Source: a virus (Duplodnaviria > Caudoviricetes). Taken from it: DNA of 25,923 bases. The notes beneath the pieces were generated by a model that saw only the letters and a list, made by a program, of their open reading frames with translations, did no database searches and was not told where the DNA came from. Every line of letters begins with the position of its first letter. Position 1 is the stretch's first letter. Location: positions 1-25,923 of the IMG/VR virus record IMGVR_UViG_3300044675_002582. The stretch is one strand, 5' to 3'. This document shows positions 6,784-16,400 of the stretch, one piece after another. Both the position numbers and the translations under genes were made by a program.

Positions 6784-9700
6784 GTAAGCTGTTACTTCAC
6801 CTCTTGCATACAAGTTGTTACCACTGTGATAGATACGCCATCCGTTACCAGAACGGTGAATACCGCCGTCGCCGTCATTCATCATCAGAGTAGAACCTGT
6901 GGCAAAGTAGATACCATGCCAACCGTTTCTAGAGCCGTCCATACGCCAAGAACCGTAGTCACCGTTGTTTGGATAGAAGTGAGCTCCGTTTTCGCCGGAG
7001 TAGATACCTTGCCCAGCTAGAATGTTAATCCAACGATCTATAAAGATATAGTTACTGCTACCGTTAACCTGCATAACACGACCACTCATATCGTAGTCAG
7101 TATAGAAACGCATACCTTCGTAGCTAGGGTTTGCACCGAACTTTAGACCAGTGTGGAATGCAATTCTCAAGTCAGGATATGGGAAGCCCCATCCGCCACC
7201 TTCTTGGAAGATAGAGTAAGCACGAGTTCCGTTACCACTATCGCCGCCTTCGCCTTTGAAGCTCAACCAACGAACTGTAGTGCCTTCTGTGTTAAGTACG
7301 TTTACGTTACTGGTACTTGCAGGATCAGTATAATAACCAGTGTTGTTACGATCGTAATATATGTATCCACGGACATCATCCATGTAAGTGATACGATACA
7401 GTTCCATGTTAGCGTTACCAGCTTCCATACGCAACTGCCAGTTACCAGAACTGTTTAATAGACCAAATTCGTTGCCAGTAGTACCGTATAGGTAACCCAT
7501 AACGGTGCCTTGATAACCGTTACGCAACCTAATACCGCCGGTACCTTGCTGACCTGCATCCCAATAGTTTCCGTTGATACTATACCAATGGTTGGCGGTT
7601 GCTTGGTTATACAATCCTTGCCCAGCATTGTTATTACGGAACCAGCCGTTGTTGTAGATGTCACTAAATGTAACACTGCCCTGCCCGTTGACTACATAAC
7701 CAGGGCCGTTGCTCAACTGGCTTAGGTTAGATAAGTTTCCTGCATGCCATACCAAGTGTTGACTGTCAGTTGCGTAGAAGTTTCCGTCTGCATAAACGTT
7801 AACAACTCCACTAGTTGACGAGAAGCCCCAGTTAACTGTTCCGCCACTGTACTGATATCCAAATGCAGCACTTGGCCATACGCTTGGTCCTATGAAGTTG
7901 GCACCGTTTTGAATACTGCTAACTGCACCACCTGCTGTGATAAATCCAGGTCCGTTAGTTAACTGACTTAGGTTAGTTAAGTTACCGCTGTCCCACACAG
8001 TATACTGAGCACCAGCACCGTAAGTTGAACGGTTAACATAAATCGTTCCAGTTTCCCATCTCCACTGCCATCCGTAACTGTTGTTATGGAATCCAGTGGT
8101 GTTTGAGTTCATCATCAACGAAATGTTGCCGCTGATATAGCCCGTAAACTCCATTCCTCCCCAGCCGTTTTTACGGCCTTCAACAAGCCAAGGTCCGTAA
8201 CTGTTAGGGTTAGGATAGAAATGCGGTGCATTGTTAAAGCCGCCAATTGGTGCATACAGGCCATGATTACCTGTTAACTGTAACCAAGTATCTACTTGAT
8301 AATAACTGTTTCCAAACTTACCTAAGAATCCCGGGCCGTTAGTTAACTGACTCAAGTTTGTTAAGTTGAAGTTGTTCCAAATTCTACGCCATGTACCATA
8401 ACTGCCGTTTTCAATACGTCTGTTATAAATTTCACCGTCGTCATAGAAACTAGCAGCCCACTGATTACCAAAGTTATTGCCAGTATTAGTATGACGAGTG
8501 TGCATCATGGTATACCATGTTGCTGTTGGCGTACCGTTCTGATAAGCGTTGTAGAACCCAGAGTTTAATGCCTGCGTAAATCCAGTCTCTGTAGTCTTAG
8601 TTGAGTTATCACCGTAGACAAATCTGTTAAAGTAAATGCCGCCCAGGTTATCAACACTACCGCTGCTGGTGATAAATCCAGGCCCGTTAGTTAACTGACT
8701 TAGGTTAGTTAAGTTACCACTATCCCAGTTAGTAAATGCACTACCTCTTGTGTAGATAGGACGTCCACTGTAATAGTTTAGATACAAGTCGTAACCGTTA
8801 GCAGCATCAATGTGCAAATTGCCGTTAGTTGCGGCCACGGTGGCCCGAGTCGCATCAGTACGACCATTACCACCAATAATTAAATCAGCACCCCATGTAC
8901 TGTTTGGTCCAAAATATGATCTACTATCGCCTTGGTGTCTAGTGTCACCATTAATATGTAATCTTACCAGCGGGTCAGGAACGTTAATACCAACAAATCC
9001 ATCAACTGGATCAATAGTCATTCTTTCTACTGGAATATCAGATCCGCCGCCAGTTGTGCCTGTTCCTGGCTTAGTTGCAAATACCAAGAAGCTGCGTTCG
9101 CTACCCGGAGTATCGTGCAGTCTTAAACCTACCCAAGCGTGTGGTGAAATATTATAGCTAGTGTTGTCTGCATTCAGTGTTCCGCCACTATAGTTCAACA
9201 AGTGGTTAAAAGCAATACCACCATAATAGCTGTTAGCGGTAGTAATACGACTAGTTGCAGGTCCAACTTGTAGTGCATAAGAATCGCTGTTAATAGTACT
9301 TGCACCAGTTCCGCTAGAGTGGAACATGTGCTTTCCGCCACGGAAGTCAATAGGACTTGTGTAGTATGCAGTGATATATCCTGGACCGTTGCTCAACTGA
9401 CTTAGGTTAGTTAAACTGTAAGTAGTGTGTGCTCTTGCCGCAGTTGTTGGCCCAGCTTCAACTGTGTCAAACGCTGTTGGGAAAGTAATTGCCCAGTCAT
9501 CGTTCCAGTCAGTATTGCCGTATGCGTTATACCCTGCTTGGAATTCAGTAATAAACACCTGAGGATATGACCATGCTGTGCTAGTTTCACCAATCCAGAT
9601 TGCATTTCTTGTGCCATCGTGGCCCCAGCGAACATTAAGATCGCCGCCGCCATGTGTGATCTGATATGCAAATGTATTGTACCAACTTCCAGGTCCGTAA

Positions 9701-12700
9701 TTATATCCGCCTAATTCAATAGTTCTACTTGTACCTGCGGTGCCACCCGCGTACTCATAGATCTTAACAGTCATACGCATCATTGTAGATGTTCTGTACT
9801 GCGGTAATCTAATCTTGATTGCACCTGTTACTGTGCTTGTGCCAGTAACATACGATCCGCCGCCAGGTGCGTAAACTTTTAAACCATTGTTGTTATCAGT
9901 TAAACCACCGTTAGTTGTTAATACATACTGGAATGTGGCTGCACCGCCGCCGGTTACGAAGCCAGGTCCGTTGCTCAATTGGTTGACGTTGGTCAAGTTA
10001 CCGGCATGCCAAATAACGTTAGTGCCCACATACGGGTTATAACCGAATGTTGTACGTCCAGTAGTTACACTGATATCAAAGGCTGCATCACTTCTAGCCG
10101 CAACAGATCCAGTAAACCCGTTACGAAGAATACCAAATGCATCTGCGTTAGGGGCACCTAATCTACCAACAAACCATGCAGTAGTTGATCCTGCAACTGT
10201 AGGGAATAATACCGCTGCAAAGCCGCCAACTGTGTTAGGGTTAATACGTAAGCCTTCACTCCAGTTTCCGCTGCCTGTTGTTGTTAACGTTAATGCAGGG
10301 ACGCCAGATCCATTACTACTTAATGTACTTCCGCCTGCACTCCATGATGCAAAATCAGTAATTGTACCGCCAGTTGTGGTCCAGCTGTTTCCGTTACCAA
10401 ATGTCAGAGTACCGTTGGCTGCACGAATCACACTAGGATTGTTTGCACCCGAGCTATCCTGATTACCCATCAGTAGACTTTGTGCTCCTGAAGTTGCAGT
10501 AATTCTTACATATCCCTGGAACGCTGCCTCGCCAGCAACATCTAGTTCGTAAGCAGGAGCCGCAGTACTACCAATTCGCATCTTGCCGCCGCCGCCTGCT
10601 GCATATACATCGGCGTTTACATAGTGATTTAAATGCACGCCTTTGCCTGTGGTAGAGCCGTCAATTACTATTTGACCTTCACCGTAGCCTTTGATGTTAG
10701 CAGAACCGGACGCACGATCTAAGTAAAGAATATCAGTTCTTTGATCAGTTGCATCATACACTGCCGCAGAACAAATATACCATGTTAGAGGAGATCCTGA
10801 ACTAGGAGTTGGACTTCCTGTTACATAGAAAAAGTGTGTTGAACTAAATGTGCCTGAATCTCCACAGATTACTACGTATGCGTATTCTTCCCATTTGCCT
10901 GTACCTGCATTATTTGTCGCCCAGTAACTTTGTCCGTTTGTTCCAATGGAGTTACTTGCCCAGGTAAGCGTGTAGCCTGCTGGAAGTCTAGCCTTAAATC
11001 TTGCTACTAAAATTGCGTTGGCTCTAGTACCTACAGCAAAGTAAAATCCGCCATAACCCGGACTTTGACTGCTGCCAGTATGTTGTACCTGTAATACAAA
11101 TCCAGAAGTAGTAGGAGTACCTGCCGGTGCTGCAATTCGAGTAATAGCAGTTTGTCCAGAACTTGCATTGTCGTAGACTGCAATACCGTTAGTTCCAGCA
11201 AAGAAATTTTCGTCAAGATAGTTTGCGTGTTTCTTTCCTGGTGCACCTAGTGCATTAAATGATAAAGTTGGACCACCGCTTAATGTTGTTTCAACATGAT
11301 CCCATGATGTTTTGCCGTCAAATCTTAAGCCGCCGCCAATGTTTAAGTTGGTGCCGTCAAATGTTAAGTTTGCACTGCCAGCAAATACGTTACTGCTGTC
11401 TTTGTAAACTACCTGATTAGCACTACCTGCACCAATCCCTGCACCTGCTTGTCCAGTTGCACCAATTTCACCCATTGCACCAAATGCCACGTTAGTAATT
11501 GCTACCGCAGCAGTTTGTAAGCTAGAGTCAAAATGCAGTGGAGAACTAGAAATAGCTCTTGCTGTTGTTTTTAACAGCGTACTATTCTGCCAGTATCGAA
11601 CATTACCACCGTCATAAGTGATTGTAAATTTGTCAGCAGTAGTATAAGCACCGCCAGTTAATACCGATGCTCCTCCTTCATAAATTACTACTGTACCAGC
11701 ATTAAAATAGATTGCATAATCAAGTGTGTCAAAACTGGCGTTGTTTGCAGGGTCAGAGTTAAGACCAAACATTGCACGACCAGTAGTGTTGTTAACACTG
11801 GCACTTGCATACGCACCGCGAACAAATCCTTCTGCTGAATAAACTTGTACGTCCCAGTTTCCGCTAGTTCCGCCAGTTTTTGTGAATAAAGAATAGTTAG
11901 TAGATGTAATACCTGCACTGATTATCGGAGTCCAATATCCTGCACCAGTAATACCCGTTGATCCTGTTAGACCAGTTGCACCTGTAGCACCTGTACTACC
12001 ACCACTACCAACTGGTCCTGTTGCACCTGTTCCGCCTGTCAGGCCGGTTGCACCGGTAGCACCTGTGGCACCCGTAAATCCAGTGGCACCTGTTGACCCA
12101 ATTGCACCTGTTCCGCCGTTTGCACCAGCACCGCCCTGTGGACCTGTAGCACCTGTTGACCCTTGATTTCCTTGTAATCCTGTTGCACCTGTAGCACCTG
12201 TACCGCCACCAGTTCCTTGTGCTCCAGTAGTCCCTGTTAAACCAGTAGCACCCACTGGTCCTGTTGCACCAGTTGACCCAAACATACCAGTAACATCAAT
12301 AGTCCAGTTTGCATATGGGCCAGCACCTGTAGTTCCTCCAACATAATCTACGTTTACCGTAATTGCTAGTCCCACAATTGCAGTAATAGTACCTTCCATG
12401 AAGTTAACAGGAATAGCTGGATACACAATGCGAACACGCATACCTACGCTGAACGCACTAGCTTTGTTTACTGTCCAAGTCTTACTGCCGGTTGCATTTG
12501 TGTTTGATGTTGAACTAGTAATATCATATCCCAGTCCAGTTGCACCTGTTCCGCCTATACTACCATTAGAACCAGCGGCACCAGTAGCACCCTGTAGACC
12601 AGTAGCACCAGTAGCACCTTGTAAACCAGTAGCACCAGTAGCACCTTGTAAACCAGTAGCACCAGTAGCACCTGTAGAACCCGCATTACCAACGTTACCT

Positions 12701-13437
12701 GCGGCACCAGTAGCACCTTGTACACCAGTAGCTCCACGTTGGCCCGTAGCACCAGTAGCACCAATACCACCTGTAGCACCAGCTTGTCCTGTAGCACCAG
12801 TAGCACCAATCTGGCCAGTAGCACCAGTAGCACCCGGATTACCTTGTCCACCTGCACCGCCTGTGGCACCAATTGGTCCAGTAGCACCAGTAGCACCTGG
12901 GTATCCAGTTGCACCTTGGGGACCTGTAGATCCTGTACTTCCTCTTAAACCAGTAGCACCTGTACTGCCAGGTAATCCAGTAGCACCTGTGGCACCAGTA
13001 GTACCTGTAAAGCCAGTTGCACCTGTACCGCCTCCCACACCCGCACCGCCTGCGGCACCTGTTGCACCTTGTGGTCCTGTTGCACCAGTAGTACCTTGTG
13101 GTCCTGTTGCACCGGTTGATCCTCGTAAACCTGTGGCACCAGTAGATCCTGTTGCACCTGTTGGGCCCGTAGCACCTGTTGCACCTTGAGGTCCAGTAGC
13201 ACCAGTAGCACCAGTAGCACCTGTTGAACCAACTGGCCCTGTTGCACCTGTTGCTCCGGCAACACCGCTTGCTCCAGTTCCTGGGGCAATAAATGCCAAA
13301 GTTCCCTGTGTATCGGCTAGACCGACGAGCCAACCGCTGGTGTTAGCACTATTTGGTAAAGTTAAAGTAACTGTACCTGTAGTCGGAGACTTCAGTGTTA
13401 CATTACCTTGTGGACTGGTATCGAAATTAATTGCCAT
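6427..13437 (-). CDS. Long collagen-like tail fibre with C-terminal intramolecular chaperone (peptidase S74 type)
   Basis: 2336 aa. Two Gly-X-Y tracts, several globular modules, six [13 protein letters not shown] linkers, and C-terminal [10 protein letters not shown]...[11 protein letters not shown]...[25 protein letters not shown]. Confidence 0.92.
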   Translation of the reverse strand: MAINFDTSPQGNVTLKSPTTGTVTLTLPNSANTSGWLVGLADTQGTLAFIAPGTGASGVAGATGATGPVGSTGATGATGATGPQGATGATGPTGATGSTGATGLRGSTGATGPQGTTGATGPQGATGAAGGAGVGGGTGATGFTGTTGATGATGLPGSTGATGLRGSTGSTGPQGATGYPGATGATGPIGATGGAGGQGNPGATGATGQIGATGATGQAGATGGIGATGATGQRGATGVQGATGAAGNVGNAGSTGATGATGLQGATGATGLQGATGATGLQGATGAAGSNGSIGGTGATGLGYDITSSTSNTNATGSKTWTVNKASAFSVGMRVRIVYPAIPVNFMEGTITAIVGLAITVNVDYVGGTTGAGPYANWTIDVTGMFGSTGATGPVGATGLTGTTGAQGTGGGTGATGATGLQGNQGSTGATGPQGGAGANGGTGAIGSTGATGFTGATGATGATGLTGGTGATGPVGSGGSTGATGATGLTGSTGITGAGYWTPIISAGITSTNYSLFTKTGGTSGNWDVQVYSAEGFVRGAYASASVNNTTGRAMFGLNSDPANNASFDTLDYAIYFNAGTVVIYEGGASVLTGGAYTTADKFTITYDGGNVRYWQNSTLLKTTARAISSSPLHFDSSLQTAAVAITNVAFGAMGEIGATGQAGAGIGAGSANQVVYKDSSNVFAGSANLTFDGTNLNIGGGLRFDGKTSWDHVETTLSGGPTLSFNALGAPGKKHANYLDENFFAGTNGIAVYDNASSGQTAITRIAAPAGTPTTSGFVLQVQHTGSSQSPGYGGFYFAVGTRANAILVARFKARLPAGYTLTWASNSIGTNGQSYWATNNAGTGKWEEYAYVVICGDSGTFSSTHFFYVTGSPTPSSGSPLTWYICSAAVYDATDQRTDILYLDRASGSANIKGYGEGQIVIDGSTTGKGVHLNHYVNADVYAAGGGGKMRIGSTAAPAYELDVAGEAAFQGYVRITATSGAQSLLMGNQDSSGANNPSVIRAANGTLTFGNGNSWTTTGGTITDFASWSAGGSTLSSNGSGVPALTLTTTGSGNWSEGLRINPNTVGGFAAVLFPTVAGSTTAWFVGRLGAPNADAFGILRNGFTGSVAARSDAAFDISVTTGRTTFGYNPYVGTNVIWHAGNLTNVNQLSNGPGFVTGGGAATFQYVLTTNGGLTDNNNGLKVYAPGGGSYVTGTSTVTGAIKIRLPQYRTSTMMRMTVKIYEYAGGTAGTSRTIELGGYNYGPGSWYNTFAYQITHGGGDLNVRWGHDGTRNAIWIGETSTAWSYPQVFITEFQAGYNAYGNTDWNDDWAITFPTAFDTVEAGPTTAARAHTTYSLTNLSQLSNGPGYITAYYTSPIDFRGGKHMFHSSGTGASTINSDSYALQVGPATSRITTANSYYGGIAFNHLLNYSGGTLNADNTSYNISPHAWVGLRLHDTPGSERSFLVFATKPGTGTTGGGSDIPVERMTIDPVDGFVGINVPDPLVRLHINGDTRHQGDSRSYFGPNSTWGADLIIGGNGRTDATRATVAATNGNLHIDAANGYDLYLNYYSGRPIYTRGSAFTNWDSGNLTNLSQLTNGPGFITSSGSVDNLGGIYFNRFVYGDNSTKTTETGFTQALNSGFYNAYQNGTPTATWYTMMHTRHTNTGNNFGNQWAASFYDDGEIYNRRIENGSYGTWRRIWNNFNLTNLSQLTNGPGFLGKFGNSYYQVDTWLQLTGNHGLYAPIGGFNNAPHFYPNPNSYGPWLVEGRKNGWGGMEFTGYISGNISLMMNSNTTGFHNNSYGWQWRWETGTIYVNRSTYGAGAQYTVWDSGNLTNLSQLTNGPGFITAGGAVSSIQNGANFIGPSVWPSAAFGYQYSGGTVNWGFSSTSGVVNVYADGNFYATDSQHLVWHAGNLSNLSQLSNGPGYVVNGQGSVTFSDIYNNGWFRNNNAGQGLYNQATANHWYSINGNYWDAGQQGTGGIRLRNGYQGTVMGYLYGTTGNEFGLLNSSGNWQLRMEAGNANMELYRITYMDDVRGYIYYDRNNTGYYTDPASTSNVNVLNTEGTTVRWLSFKGEGGDSGNGTRAYSIFQEGGGWGFPYPDLRIAFHTGLKFGANPSYEGMRFYTDYDMSGRVMQVNGSSNYIFIDRWINILAGQGIYSGENGAHFYPNNGDYGSWRMDGSRNGWHGIYFATGSTLMMNDGDGGIHRSGNGWRIYHSGNNLYARGEVTAYWSDRRLKQNIKPLEKGSGLALVDRLVPSSFEWNELATKVNEGFYEGQPETALIAQEVQEILPIAVSENKAGRCAGKDSHIESYLTVKYDKITPFLIQAIKDLKAEIDELKEIIKNGTN
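7696..10011 (-). repeat. Six dispersed in-frame ~54-bp direct repeats encoding W(H/D)xGNL(T/S)NLSQL(T/S)NGPG(F/Y)
   Basis: Copies at 7696-7749, 7937-7995, 8326-8379, 8669-8727, 9376-9420 and 9958-10011. Copies 7937-7995 and 8669-8727 are 56/59 nt identical. Confidence 0.9.
11939..12280 (-). repeat. Collagen-like Gly-X-Y tract II (about 38 triplets)
   Basis: Continuous [15 protein letters not shown] triplets in the translation; 9-nt periodicity in the DNA. Confidence 0.9.
12530..13282 (-). repeat. Collagen-like Gly-X-Y tract I (about 83 triplets, GAT-dominated)
   Basis: (GAT)n-rich triplets; includes a perfect 27-bp tandem repeat at 12598-12672. Confidence 0.92.
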
Positions 13438-13458
13438 AGTTACTCAATTGTTATTCAG

Positions 13459-13464
13459 TATTTA
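13459..13464 (-). promoter_or_regulatory. T4-late-like promoter box for the collagen fibre gene
   Basis: AATAAATA on minus in the 41-bp intergenic gap, 21 nt upstream of ATG 13437. Confidence 0.6.
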
Positions 13465-13478
13465 TTAGTTCAAAACTA

Positions 13479-16400
13479 TCAGGTCGTAACCTCAACAGTT
13501 TCCACTTTTGCCACAAATCGTACACTGCCGCTTGCGACGCCTATTGCTTGAACACTTAAACCTCCGTTTACTGCATCAGCTACAACATTCACATCGTATG
13601 CCTGACTTGCCCAAATTTTTGTTTTGTTAACTGTGCGTACCACAGTTGTATTTGCACCTGCATATCTAGAAATAGATCCATTAAACTCCCATGCACCTTC
13701 ATCGTTACTAGTTGTAGATTTTGCTGTGACAAAAACTTTAAACATATAACTTGCATTGTCCGGAAGGATCACTTGATTGTTTGTGGTGGCAGTGGTATTA
13801 TTCACTGTTAAAGTAAATGTAGAAGTTGAAGTTGCTAATCCTCGTAAAATATACAAGCCAGATTGTGCATCTCCTGCTGCTGCAAATGTGCCATTTGAAA
13901 TTACATTTGCATCTAATATTCCGCGAGTAGTTGCACCGTCACCGACAACAATGTTGTCACCAACTGCTAGGCCTCCTGCTATAACTACCGCAGCACTCTG
14001 TGTATTAATTGCAGTCTGTGTACTTCTAAAATTAGTTAACGTACTGGCAATTGTTAGTACACCTAACGCACCTGTTATAGTAGATCCAATGTTAACGTTG
14101 GCGATAGATGTAGCAACACCCGCAGTACCAATGTTAACAGTTTTTAATGTGGCTGCTAATGTGGCTGCTGATGCAATGTTTGCTGTCAGTGCGGCAGTGT
14201 TATTAGAAATATTAGCAGTTGTACCACTGTGAGTTAGTGTTCCAGCTACTGTTAAATCTTCAAAAGAGGTAACATCGGGATCGTCAATTGTTGCATTGGT
14301 GCCTAAACTTGTAACGCTGCCAGCCCAAGAGCTGTTTACAATCACAGCAGGTGTAACTGTTTGATATGCTGTGTTTGCTGGAATTTCTTCAGTAATCAGG
14401 GTCCAAATGCGGCCACCTGCAATTGTTGAACGTCTCCAGTATTCAAACTGACCAGTAGAAGCGTTATATGTAACAGTATGATTAGCAGTACTAACGCTTA
14501 GTGCGGCTTCGCCACTTTCTGATAACCAATATACTGAACCTAATACTGTTGATACAGTGTCTTTTACATAGCTAATCCATAGAACATCGTTGTCCATGTT
14601 ATCACTATAAACTACACTGGCAGTGGCTTTTACTGCACTCTTTATTTTAAAGGTAGTGCTGTCGCCTACGTTAGGTAGTGACCATGTCAAACATTTGATC
14701 CATTGGTTAGTTCCCGAACTTGCACCAGCATATTCGCTGTGTTCAATATATCCCGGTGCACCAAAAATGCTGCCTTCTACAAATAAATTCTTTTTAACGC
14801 TTACACCGCCGGCAACTTGAACTGATCCAGTTGCGGTAGAAGTTGCGTTAGAAGTATTATTAAAATATATAATCTGTTCAGTTGACGAAGTTCTGCTAGT
14901 GATAGAATCTAATGTAGCAGTACTCCAGATTGTGATTGCACCAAAGTTAGAAGATACTGCGGTGTCTGTACCTGCAAAGATTTGACTTACGCCAATTCCG
15001 CCTGAACCTAAACTAGATGTTGTTAATACTTCTAGGCCAGCAGCATATATCTTATTGCCAACATACAAGTCGCCACCGATGCCTGCACCGCCAGATACAG
15101 TCAATGCACCAGATACAGTGTTAGTTGCACTAGTTGTATTGACTAAATTCAAACTGCCAAATTGTGCGGCACCCCAAGTTCCTGTGTTAGAAAATAGTGC
15201 AGGAAACTCTTGGAAACCACCTGGCCAAATATCTGTCTTATAAACTAACTTCTTGCTGGCATTGTCCATACCAAGGAAGGAGTGATTGTCGTATGTAGAC
15301 GAAGATGTAGCCGTTGTGCTGTAATGTAATAATACACCACGATCGAAACCGTCATTGACAGTTAAGTTAGTATTGTTAAAGCCCGCACCAAGACTTAGAA
15401 CCGGGTCAATTACGACTGTTTGTGTTGAATTTACATAGGTTTGTGTGCCAAAAACTTGTAAATTACCGTAAATTGCTGCGTTTCCACCTACGATTAAATT
15501 ACGACCTATACCAACACCGCCGGCAACAGTTAATGCACCTGCTGTAGAAGTATTTGAATCTGTATTATTACTAATGCTGATAGCATTGGTAGTAGTTGCA
15601 CCTCTATTCGTAATAGATTGCAGAGTGGAAGTATTCCAAACTACTACTGTTCCAGTAGTTCTACTAACGCTAGTGTCTGTTCCTGCTGTTAGAGTTTGAA
15701 CTCCTAAGTTAGTAAACGTCACAATACCGGTGGCCGAACTTACTCCGATGTAAGTTGAACCAACTGCGGCAATAACACCTGCGTTATTGATAGTAAAACT
15801 GGTTGCAGTTCCAACGCTAATTTCATCAGTTATAGTAATACCAGAACCGGCAGTCGGATTTACATTAGTAACAACACGATTTCCATTGTCATATAACTCG
15901 GCTGCACGTACTTGTTTGCCAACACCTAATCCGCCATAGATAACCACAGCACCATCTGTAGTAGTTGTGCTTGCAGTTGTATTTTCAAATACCGCAGTAG
16001 CAGCAGGAGTTCCTCTTAACGAACTTGTAACTAATACGTTTTCGATTGTTGCTTGGCCGCCAATGCCAACTCCGCCTGCAACAACTAGGGCACCTGTTAG
16101 TGTACTGTTTGATACAGTATTATTATTAATAATAATTGCGTTGGTTGTAGAGTTTCCTCTTCCAGTGACTAACTGCAATGTATCAATTGACTCAATAATC
16201 ACTGCACCAGTACTAGTATTAACTGCAATGCCAGAACCGGTAGTTAAGCTAGTTACGCCATATGTACCCAACGAAGCATTAGTAATTACTAAACTGCCAT
16301 TTGAATAAATGTTTGCGGCTTTGATATCCCCGCCTACTTCTAACTGTGCAGTTGCAGTAGCAGTATTAATTCCAACAAAATTAGCACCCGGTGATCCGCC

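Noticed and set aside
6427-10011. Diversity-generating retroelement or invertase shufflon acting on the fibre tip
   Set aside because: No reverse transcriptase or recombinase in the window, no non-coding template repeat with adenine-specific mismatches seen, and the repeats are direct and in-frame rather than inverted.
7696-10011. CRISPR-like array reading of the dispersed repeats
   Set aside because: Spacing is 246-702 nt, the repeats vary at synonymous positions and all lie in one coding frame.
12398-13333. Overlapping ORFs of 263, 164, 119, 114 and 76 aa (PVA-, RCNRCY-, VLLVL-rich)
   Set aside because: Antisense and alternative-frame shadows of the 9-nt periodic collagen repeat; no RBS or independent coding signal. 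The Cys-rich 164-aa frame is an artefact, unlike 2086..2238.
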